IMG/VR virus record: IMGVR_UViG_3300009494_000004
Coordinates: 1 to 52,629 of that record
DNA length: 52,629 nt
Direction: 5' to 3' (one strand)
Source of the DNA: a virus
A program made the position numbers and the translations under genes. Shown here piece by piece: positions 1-7,600 of the stretch; within the stretch, counting starts at the first letter, position 1; each line of letters opens with the position of its first letter. Under the pieces are notes generated by a model that saw only the letters and a list, made by a program, of their open reading frames with translations, was not told the origin of the DNA and ran no database searches.

Positions 1-342
1 AATTACTTTGCGCAATAGATGACTTGTATTTCAAGTACCAAATACACCACCGCCTGCCCGAATACCCTGCTGACCGACTGAAGACCCGTGAAGGTCGTCC
101 CCTGGACCTCTAAGATCGTTCTTGCGCAGTAACGCCAAGAATAACCTTAAAGCGAGCAGGGAAGCCCGCTACAGCACGCTGGTTGCCGCTCCCCCTGAAC
201 ACCCCGCTGACCGGCTGGAGGCCTTCAGCGACCGGGGCGTCGCCTCATACTTTTCTCACACGCGTGCCGGGCGGGTGTTTAACAGTTGAACATGTTTGCC
301 CTCGTGTTTGCCTCATACTTTTCGCCCGATTTCGGTTAAAAG
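1..342. repeat. 342-bp unit X, terminal copy. Exact duplicate of 52288..52629, so either the assembly overlap of a circular/concatemeric genome or a true direct terminal repeat.
   Basis: The first 342 nt and last 342 nt of the window read identically. The same unit occurs again at 502..843. Confidence 0.9.
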
Positions 343-361
343 TACGAGAAAAGTATGAGGC
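310..361 (+). other. Hairpin with a perfect 14-bp stem (gcctcatacttttc / gaaaagtatgaggc) and a 24-nt loop that holds a mini-hairpin ccg-attt-cgg
   Basis: 310..323 is the exact reverse complement of 348..361. The 3' arm (346..361) is also a 16/16 complement of the motif copy at 242..257. Confidence 0.7.
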
Positions 362-390
362 AGAAATGCGCAATTGTTGAACAACGGCCA

Positions 391-498
391 GGGCGTCGCC
401 TCATACTTTTCTCACACGCGTGCCGGGCGGGTGTTTAACAGTTGAACATGTTTGCCCTCGTGTTTGCCTCATACTTTTCGCCCGATTTCGGTTAAAAG
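391..498. repeat. Extra copy of the 108-bp 3' sub-unit Xb (identical to 235..342 and 736..843)
   Basis: The verbatim string gggcgtcgcctcatactttt...cgcccgatttcggttaaaag appears three times inside 1..843 and once more in the terminal copy. Confidence 0.9.
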
Positions 499-501
499 AT
501 A

Positions 502-843
502 AATTACTTTGCGCAATAGATGACTTGTATTTCAAGTACCAAATACACCACCGCCTGCCCGAATACCCTGCTGACCGACTGAAGACCCGTGAAGGTCGTC
601 CCCTGGACCTCTAAGATCGTTCTTGCGCAGTAACGCCAAGAATAACCTTAAAGCGAGCAGGGAAGCCCGCTACAGCACGCTGGTTGCCGCTCCCCCTGAA
701 CACCCCGCTGACCGGCTGGAGGCCTTCAGCGACCGGGGCGTCGCCTCATACTTTTCTCACACGCGTGCCGGGCGGGTGTTTAACAGTTGAACATGTTTGC
801 CCTCGTGTTTGCCTCATACTTTTCGCCCGATTTCGGTTAAAAG
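502..843. repeat. Second full internal copy of the 342-bp unit X
   Basis: Reads identically to 1..342. It is separated from its neighbours by the trinucleotide ata (499..501 and 844..846). Confidence 0.9.
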
Positions 844-846
844 ATA

Positions 847-965
847 AATTACTTTGCGCAATAGATGACCTGTATTTCAAGTACCGTATACGCTGCCGCT
901 CACCGCTGGTTACCGAATACCCTGTCGACCGGCTGGAGGCCCGTGGAGGTCGTCCCCCGGCCCCC
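847..965. repeat. Degenerate partial copy of unit X
   Basis: The first 39 nt (aattactttgcgcaatagatgacctgtatttcaagtacc) differ from unit X at one base. Beyond that the copy diverges, mostly by transitions, but keeps the ccctg.cgaccggctggagg.c..gg.ggtcgtcccc sub-repeat. Confidence 0.7.
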
Positions 966-1022
966 CAGCGACGTTTTACGGCTAAGCAGCGGGCGGCATA
1001 TCGGCTCGCCGATTGTAACCAG

Positions 1023-1060
1023 ATATAGGCTGTCGCCTTCATTATATAGGCGTTCGCCTA
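1023..1060 (+). promoter_or_regulatory. Two direct repeats ATATAGGCnnTCGCCT spaced 22 bp apart, 65-100 bp upstream of promoter-like motif P1
   Basis: atataggctgtcgcct (1023..1038) and atataggcgttcgcct (1045..1060). Confidence 0.3.
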
Positions 1061-1124
1061 TTGTTTTTGCGATTTTTTCAGAAGGCTTTTTCGTTAAGTC
1101 GCTATCGATAGGGCGGTTGCGTTG

Positions 1125-1144
1125 TTGGCACAGTATTCGCTTAC
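1125..1144 (+). promoter_or_regulatory. P1: sigma-54-type -24/-12 promoter-like motif TTGGCAC-N5-TCGCTTAC
   Basis: ttggcacagtattcgcttac matches the TGGCAC-N5-TTGC spacing (GG..N10..GC). The sequence is nearly identical to the minus-strand motif at 46517..46536 and related to the one at 51891..51910. It lies upstream of the plus-strand gene cluster. Confidence 0.5.
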
Positions 1145-1183
1145 TATATAGTTATGAGCAACCACACTGACAAGGAGAACGTT

Positions 1184-1372
1184 ATGTTAAACCAACTGAA
1201 AGCAGAAGGCCTTATTTGGCATTTCGGCGACTCGCTCGTTACGCGCACGACCGACGGCATTAAGTTTGGTCTCGGCGACGAGAACGATACGGTAGATATT
1301 GAGCAGTTTCTGCGCACGTATTGGGACGTTGACCTCAACGGCATTAACGTGACCGCCCCGAACGTTTGGTAG
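1184..1372 (+). CDS. Hypothetical small protein
   Basis: The track ORF is 1154..1372. The internal ATG at 1184 is preceded by AAGGAGA, and it shares the 14-nt initiation region aggagaacgttatg with the gene at 2352. The ATG at 1154 remains possible as a near-leaderless start. Confidence 0.5.
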   Translation: MLNQLKAEGLIWHFGDSLVTRTTDGIKFGLGDENDTVDIEQFLRTYWDVDLNGINVTAPNVW

Positions 1373-1381
1373 GATATCATT

Positions 1382-1627
1382 ATGTCGCAAGCAAATCATA
1401 CTGGAACAGTTGATAACGTCCTGACCGCCCTCAAAACGCCGGGGAAAGAGGTAGTGAAAGGTAAGGGTGGCTTTCATGTTAAGGGTGAGGGGTTCCTGTC
1501 GCTGCGTGAAGCTCGCCGGTTGGTTGGAATAAAAGCGCCTGCTCGGCAATTCAGAAGCAGGCAGTCAGCGTTTGGGGATTGGACTACCGTCAAAATGATT
1601 AACAGGCCGCGAAAGCAGAAAAGGTAA
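1382..1627 (+). CDS. Hypothetical small basic protein
   Basis: 81-aa ORF tightly packed after the previous gene, with AGGA 8 nt upstream of the ATG. Confidence 0.5.
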   Translation: MSQANHTGTVDNVLTALKTPGKEVVKGKGGFHVKGEGFLSLREARRLVGIKAPARQFRSRQSAFGDWTTVKMINRPRKQKR

Positions 1628-1630
1628 GCT

Positions 1631-2059
1631 ATGAAAAATATAGTCCTCATTTTCTTTGTCGCGCTCTATGTTGCTCTGCCGGACGCTGCCGAAGGCGGCG
1701 AGTCGGATAGGTTCTTCGTCGGCGTATCGTTCGACCTGTCAACAGGGGGGCGGCCCGATTTCGGCTCTATGCGCCCTTGGGTTGAGTTCCGGCTGACCGG
1801 GTCATCTCCAAACGACGTGAATCTTTTTCGGCCCGGCGAGATGCACCACGCCTACGTTGGCGCGGCGTTGTATGGCCTTGGTAAGCTGGCAGATATCAAG
1901 GCGCTTCGCGTCGCGGGTATCGTGCTCGTCGCCGACGACGCGGTTCAGCATATACTAAGGGTGGACAGCCCGGTCCATATGCTAAATGACGAACTGTATC
2001 AATACGGTTGGTATCGGTGGCTGACGCAGACAGGTAATCAGATAATAGGTAAAAATTGA
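1631..2059 (+). CDS. Hypothetical secreted or membrane-anchored protein
   Basis: N-terminus MKNIVLIFFVALYVALPDAAEG looks like a signal peptide. AAGG lies upstream of the ATG. Confidence 0.55.
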   Translation: MKNIVLIFFVALYVALPDAAEGGESDRFFVGVSFDLSTGGRPDFGSMRPWVEFRLTGSSPNDVNLFRPGEMHHAYVGAALYGLGKLADIKALRVAGIVLVADDAVQHILRVDSPVHMLNDELYQYGWYRWLTQTGNQIIGKN

Positions 2060-2069
2060 AAGGCATATA

Positions 2070-2282
2070 ATGGGTGAACAAACGTCGAAACCACGTAAGT
2101 CCTATACCGATGGATTAAATGTAAGTTGTTATAAGCATCGGCAATATTTGAATCAGCCGTACCGAATTGCTTTATGGTCAAATTGGGTTCAACCAATTGA
2201 TCTCGATAAAGTAGGTATTATATGCGATTATTGCGGAGACATTCTTGAGGAAAAACAAGTTACCTATATATTTACGGGTTGA
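2070..2282 (+). CDS. Hypothetical protein in an AT-rich island
   Basis: 70-aa ORF with an AAAGG ribosome-binding site and a CDYCGD motif. Local GC is about 37% against about 50% elsewhere. Confidence 0.45.
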   Translation: MGEQTSKPRKSYTDGLNVSCYKHRQYLNQPYRIALWSNWVQPIDLDKVGIICDYCGDILEEKQVTYIFTG

Positions 2283-2351
2283 AATCAATCAAACAACTTT
2301 GGCTTGTCGATCCGGATACTCGGCAGTAATTGGTAAGACGAGGAGAACGTT

Positions 2352-2657
2352 ATGGACAAACAACCTTGGGAAATGACAAAAAAAGAGTTTCAGCAAAGTC
2401 TTCAGGCAAGGCGCGAAAAGGCCATTGAGGAGTGGAACGCTGTTGGATCGAAGGGATTTCCGCCGGGGGTAAGAATAGGGACTGTAGGTGATCGAATAAG
2501 GCTGGCCGAAAGCGCCGGATACAAACTGCCTCGTGACGATGATTTGATAATGCGAATGGACATTCACAGACTTTATGTAGAAGCCGCTTACGCTACGGGC
2601 AAACTTATTCCGATCAACGTTCTGAAAGATTACCCTAAACTGACGTTAAATAAATAA
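2352..2657 (+). CDS. Hypothetical protein
   Basis: 101-aa ORF with the strong Shine-Dalgarno GAGGAGA. Its 3' end overlaps the convergent GT2 gene by 12 bp. Confidence 0.5.
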   Translation: MDKQPWEMTKKEFQQSLQARREKAIEEWNAVGSKGFPPGVRIGTVGDRIRLAESAGYKLPRDDDLIMRMDIHRLYVEAAYATGKLIPINVLKDYPKLTLNK

Positions 2658-3338
2658 CTTCGGTTCGCCGGTTCGCCCGTCCCAAGACCGTTGCCTGCCG
2701 CCCGTATGTTCAATTACCGAATCGGGGTGAACCGAAGCGTTCCGGTAGCCGCGTCGCAGCGCGTTCCTAAAGTAGCTTGTATCAACCGTTCGTATAAGCC
2801 GCCGTGTATCCCAATTCCCGTTTGCCTTAAATGCCGCTGCGGATATGAACACGCAACAGCCGGGCGGAAACCTGTAGACATTAATAGAAGTTGTTGGTCC
2901 AGTTTTAACGTCAAGTTGATGTTTCGGCCACGAAAGGCCGCTCAATCCACATAGCGGCTTCTTGTCCAGATGTTCGTGTTCTTTATAGGTAGTCAATAGT
3001 GTGTGCAACCAACCTGGTAGAAATCTGAGGTCACTATCGCAGAATAAGAAATAATCCGGTTTTCTAACGTCAAATTTGGCGCAACGTTCGGCAGCTATTC
3101 GCGCACCGAGATTCCAAGCGTACGGCTTCCCCATATTTTCGTTCAACAGGACAAGTCCAGCTATTACATTTTCGCGGTATTGCATCAAGACGTCTATAGT
3201 CTTTTGTCCGCTCCCGTTGTCGACGACTGTGACGTCAACGAGGTTGCGGTCTGTCGTCTCGGTTAGCGTTTTGAGCGTGCCTGCCAGTAGAGCGCTTCGC
3301 CCAAATGACGTCATAACGAGAGCTATTCGCTCACTCAT
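2646..3338 (-). CDS. Family-2 glycosyltransferase (GT-A fold)
   Basis: N-terminal VMTSFGR...VTVVDNGSGQKT, NENMGKPYAWNLG and a DxD-type FCDSDL motif are typical of GT2. Start is coupled to the endolysin stop (ATGAGTGA). Confidence 0.7.
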   Translation of the reverse strand: MSERIALVMTSFGRSALLAGTLKTLTETTDRNLVDVTVVDNGSGQKTIDVLMQYRENVIAGLVLLNENMGKPYAWNLGARIAAERCAKFDVRKPDYFLFCDSDLRFLPGWLHTLLTTYKEHEHLDKKPLCGLSGLSWPKHQLDVKTGPTTSINVYRFPPGCCVFISAAAFKANGNWDTRRLIRTVDTSYFRNALRRGYRNASVHPDSVIEHTGGRQRSWDGRTGEPKLFI

Positions 3339-3777
3339 TTGTTACACGTTCGAAATGTGGCCCGTCGAAAATGCTCTTGAAGTGTCCGCCCCAACGTAGC
3401 CTGATGCCCTCAGCTATAGCACACGCGAGCACGACACCCGCCAATAGGTAGAACCGTCCGAGACGGCGTGCGTATTCGACCGTCGTTTGATCCCGTATAC
3501 CCGGCCATAATACTGGATACGGAGCGAGATCAACAGCGTCGCTCGTCTCCGAGTCCCACGACCCGTCGTCTTTGAGCGAGCGGTTATGCTTGCTTTCCGG
3601 GTATTTCGCGAAGCTGCGCCTCCGCTCTACGGCGCGTCGCTGATCCGCTTCGCCACGCAGACCGCATAGTACGGAGAAGTTCGTCACCTTAATCGCGCGT
3701 TGCAGCACCTTTTGCAAGTCGGGATGTAGGGTCGCAATTCTTTCCTTGCTTTTTTTTCCGAATGAAGCCATTGTCAT
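3331..3777 (-). CDS. Endolysin, peptidase M15 (VanY / L-alanyl-D-glutamate peptidase type)
   Basis: SKHNR...SDAVDLAP and WGGHF...DGPHFE resemble the Zn-ligand motifs of M15 peptidases. It sits next to a holin-like gene. The ATG at 3771 has better Shine-Dalgarno spacing than the one at 3777. Confidence 0.7.
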   Translation of the reverse strand: MTMASFGKKSKERIATLHPDLQKVLQRAIKVTNFSVLCGLRGEADQRRAVERRRSFAKYPESKHNRSLKDDGSWDSETSDAVDLAPYPVLWPGIRDQTTVEYARRLGRFYLLAGVVLACAIAEGIRLRWGGHFKSIFDGPHFERVTNE

Positions 3778-3780
3778 CTC

Positions 3781-3999
3781 CTATCGTTGTGGAATTTTTT
3801 TCCATTTCTCCATAAAATTCACTACGAAGGCCCAACGTTTTTTGCAGTTGTCGCACCACCATCCGGGCGGCAACGAACCCGGCGCGAGTACAAGGCGTAC
3901 GTGCCCGGATCCGGTATCCTCGACCGTTCCGCCTTCGCAGTCAGCTATCTTTTTGAGTACGTGACGGACAAGGTCGCTTGCGGTTTCACTTAGAACCAA
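3781..3999 (-). CDS. Hypothetical lysis-cassette protein
   Basis: The track ORF is 3781..4050. A TTG at 3999 is preceded by GAGGG at 7 nt and overlaps the upstream stop by 10 nt. Function unknown (WWCDNCKK motif). Confidence 0.35.
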   Translation of the reverse strand: MVLSETASDLVRHVLKKIADCEGGTVEDTGSGHVRLVLAPGSLPPGWWCDNCKKRWAFVVNFMEKWKKIPQR

Positions 4000-4268
4000 C
4001 CGAACGCCCTCGCCACAGCCGCGAACGTACCAGTCGGCGCAAGCGCCCATAAACCGACCTTGATGACGGTACGGCGGAACCTGGTGTTCCTGTGGACTTT
4101 TACGTTAAGTTCCGTATGCATTACCCTATGCGCTTCGAGAAATACGTTAAGGTTTTCGGTCATCAAGTCTACCTTGTCGTGAAGTTCGCCATGCCGTATT
4201 TCAATGTTAACGATACGTTCGGCATCGCCACGTGTAAACTGAATAGATTCGGTATCTCCGTTACCCAT
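3990..4268 (-). CDS. Hypothetical lysis-cassette protein with a C-terminal transmembrane helix
   Basis: C-terminus VIKVGLWALAPTGTFAAVARAFGWF is hydrophobic. Start is coupled to the holin stop (ATGGGTAA). Confidence 0.45.
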   Translation of the reverse strand: MGNGDTESIQFTRGDAERIVNIEIRHGELHDKVDLMTENLNVFLEAHRVMHTELNVKVHRNTRFRRTVIKVGLWALAPTGTFAAVARAFGWF

Positions 4269-4674
4269 TATTTCCGCCTTTCATTGCTTTTACAACGGCA
4301 GGCACGATTTTTTCCGCACCTCTGCTGCCGATGTATCCGCCGACACCAATTTTTAGCAGCGCCCACGTTTCCGGTGACAACTCAAACACGAGAAGTCCGA
4401 GGTAGTGCGCGACGACGAGCGCGAGAAACGTCAACATGGTAATCGGTCGCCAGGTGCGCTGCAACCATGATTCGCCTTTTGTTTCGGCTATGATAACATC
4501 GGCTTTCATCTGCGCGATCTTTCCTTCGTACTCGAGGATTTTACCTGCGAACATATTTTCGATCTTCGTCAACTGGTTCTTCAACCGCCCTTTCTCTTCG
4601 TCGGTTGTCGATAGTTCGTCGATCAGTTCCGTGGCGGGCTTGATGAGGCCGCCTATGAAAGAAAGTATTCCCAT
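4261..4674 (-). CDS. Holin-like membrane protein (resembles GTA-type 3-TM holins)
   Basis: The N-terminal MGILSFIGGLIKP..ELIDEL coiled segment followed by hydrophobic helices (ITMLTFLALVVAHYLGLLVF, LLKIGVGGYIG) resembles that family. It lies upstream of the endolysin. Confidence 0.55.
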   Translation of the reverse strand: MGILSFIGGLIKPATELIDELSTTDEEKGRLKNQLTKIENMFAGKILEYEGKIAQMKADVIIAETKGESWLQRTWRPITMLTFLALVVAHYLGLLVFELSPETWALLKIGVGGYIGSRGAEKIVPAVVKAMKGGNNG

Positions 4675-4686
4675 TTTTTCGCTCCG

Positions 4687-7600
4687 TTATATCGTTTGAG
4701 CACCGAGTTCGGTCATACCGATAGTACCGTCTCCGTCGCGTATTGTTTCGATTATTATAATTTTCCAGAACTTATGCGATTCCGTCCCGTCACCGTCTCC
4801 GCGAATTACTATTGTGTCGACGGATGTCGAGTCTATTCCCCCGTTAAGAACTGTTCGTGTCGTACCCCATTGAGTCCAGCCTAATACAGAATTATCGTCG
4901 CTATAATAGATGCGGCACATACCGTCTATTAAACCGGGATACGCTATTTCGCGATCGAGATTTATAAGAAATGACGCGGCCAAAGCCAACTGAACCGCGC
5001 TGCTCCATTCGAGACAATAGTGATCCTTGATTGCTATATAACCGTCATCGCTGCCGATTTCCACGGCAAGGTTTTCGTCTGTCATTTTTTCGTACCACGG
5101 AATAGTGACGTTTTCGTCCCACGAAATTGTGGGCGTATGCTGGATGTATCTTCCGCGTGGAAATTCATCTGGAACAACTGTTGCGGTCAGTTCGGTCAAA
5201 CCGAAATCAGGGGATGGCGCACTGTCGCCCGTCCAGATATTAACCCAAAATTTCCAATATCTATGTGATTCGTCCGCACTGCCATTTCCGTTAATGACAA
5301 CCGTGTTTCCGTCTATTATTATCCCTCCGGTGCTTCCGCGTACTTCTATTCCCCACCGCGTCCAACTTGAATTATTGTCACTCCAGGAGATATAGACTCT
5401 GGGATCTCCGGCAAGCGGTCCAGTTAGTGCTCGATCCGCGTTTGCGATAAACGTCTTAAATATACTTAACTCGACTGCATTTTCAAATTCAAGGCAGTAG
5501 TGGTCACCAACCTCTATAAATCCGTTATCGCTGCCGATCTCCGTATCCGTATCGCCGTCGGTCATCAGCGTGTTCCACGGAATAGTGACCGGCGTCTCGG
5601 ATACGTCAAAGATGTATCGGCCCCAGGGTTCCGGTTCCGGTGACGGACTCGGTGAAGGCGACGGAGACGGAGACGGAGACGGAGACGGAGACGGAGAAGG
5701 TGAGGGTGACGGGCTTGGACTTGGTGATGGACTTGGCAGAGCTGCTTCGTACAACTCTACCGCCGTAATCGTTACACTATCCGTTCCCTTTTCGGTGTTG
5801 GTCACGAGAAGTCGTTTATCTCCCCAACTCGCGCCATAGGCCTTCTTCAGGTCATCGATGTCCTCGTGGAACTCCACCCAATCGCCGGTTTGCAAATGCG
5901 AATGCGAGAATCCCGGCGTCACGAATTCCACCTCAATATGTTCCTTCGACCAAATGCCGTCTACGCTGTTGACGTAATGCTGCGCGACATGTTGTGCGCT
6001 GGTTCCAAGTACGTTCTTCCAGTCGAACGATGCGTGCCTTTTCATAACGAGGCTGATTGAATCATTGTCCGTGTAGTTGTCGTTGTTGAGGAACCGTCCG
6101 TATTCTCCCTGCCAGCGCGAACGTACGTCCATGTCGTTTATGATGAACGTCGTTTTTTTCATCTTAAAGTCATCACCGACAAGTTCCCCCCGCCTGATGA
6201 CCGCGTTTGTTGTCGGCGCTTTGTCGTTGAGTGGAATACATCGGAGCTTGCCTGCACCGGACATAGAAACGACGAACGTGCTTTGTTCGGATAGCTTCTG
6301 CGTTATCGCGCTAATTTTCGTTTTTTGAGTGACGTTTAGTCTTGCATCCACGTTCGGGTTTTTGGCGGCGGTAAAACTCGCCAGATCGATGTCGTCTCCG
6401 GTAAGAGAGAAGAACTCTTGGTAAAGCATTTTTATTATGGTTGCCGGGTCTATTGTATATCCACCTTCCGTATAACCCCGCGCGCTTACCCATACTTCAT
6501 GTTGGAACGGCATGGTGAGTATGTAACGGAGTTTTACGCCCGATATAGATGCTACTGTCTGGTTTCCGACGACACTGTCCGCGACTCCTGTTCCACCGAT
6601 TGTTCCTGAATGAATAGCTACGCCGAGCGCCCATTTTCCACCTATCGCTTCGGTTCCTACATTCGACGCGACGAACGGAGGATTTTCGTCGTTCGGGTAT
6701 TTCCAGGATAGACTATCGAGCGCGATAAGGTCATTGCCCGTCCCTCCAGCGGCAGCGTTTTTTGCATATCCTATAAGCAATCGTTCGTCCCCTCCGTCAA
6801 GGCCGTAGTAGAGCCAAAGCTTCAATTTTGCCAACTCGGCGTCCGGCCAATCCACTGATTCAAGTAGCCTATACCCCACTTTCACGGTTCCACCCATGAG
6901 TAGATGCTTTTTGAGTGTCGCTTCATGTTGTACACCGAATAACGCCAGCCCTTCGCCTGTTGTTCCGTTGTCCGCAAAGCGGTCTTTGAAGTTGCACGGT
7001 AGCCAGTACATAAAGCTTTCCAGCTTTTCACGCTCGGACTCCGGCTCTTTGTAACTTTCGTCATCGTATACGCCGGGCAGGTCCTTGTCCGTATAGAAGT
7101 CAGCGACGACGTTTTCGCCCACCCATATCCATGAAACGTCGCCGTCATAATCATTGGATTCGAACGCACGGCACGGCAATATCGTAAACGCGCCAGTTTT
7201 TCGATACGGTATACCGCAGGATGTTACAGGATAATCTGATACCACGAAATACCCGTTAAGTGCGCCCGTGTACGCAATCGCCTTCGCCAGTCCCGTCGCT
7301 ACGGCCGAATTGTCCACGTCCTCGTAGATGTCCGCGACGTCGAAATTCCCGTACAGCAACGGTATCGGCTTTGTCAAGTTTGCTTCCGGCGCGTTCGGCC
7401 ACTTGTCGCCGACGACTCGTTCCGGCACGGACAAATCCCAAAGTTTGCTTCGATCCTTCGCCGTAAATCTTGCCGTACGTCGATCGGTCTCCAGTGATTG
7501 AAGCACGAAGCCGTCGAACACGAGCAAGCAGTCGTCGATGTCCGTTATGCCGTCTACCCACTGGTACGACTTGCACGTCGCGCCGTTCAAGTCTTCAAGC

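Noticed and set aside
257-266. The CACGCGTG palindrome in each Xb unit as a protelomerase/telomere-resolution site
   Set aside because: The palindrome does not extend beyond 8 bp, and no protelomerase or tyrosine-recombinase-like ORF is present.
502-965. Diversity-generating retroelement (template/variable repeat pair: unit X versus the degenerate copy)
   Set aside because: The differences are a mix of A-to-G and C-to-T transitions plus indels, not adenine-specific. No reverse transcriptase (YxDD) ORF exists in the window, and the repeats are not inside a target gene.
1-1030. CRISPR array or RNA anti-CRISPR-like solitary repeats
   Set aside because: The units are 342 and 108 bp, not 23-47 bp repeats with unique spacers of similar size. 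The only short recurring motif (14-16 nt) has identical 'spacers'. No cas genes are present.
183-1042. Track ORFs 183..380, 420..614, 684..1028 (+) and 746..1042 (-) inside the repeat array
   Set aside because: They are repeated translations of the same non-coding unit, starting at TTG with no Shine-Dalgarno. Their composition is low-complexity Pro/Arg/Cys-rich. Their boundaries are set by repeat junctions rather than by gene-like signals.
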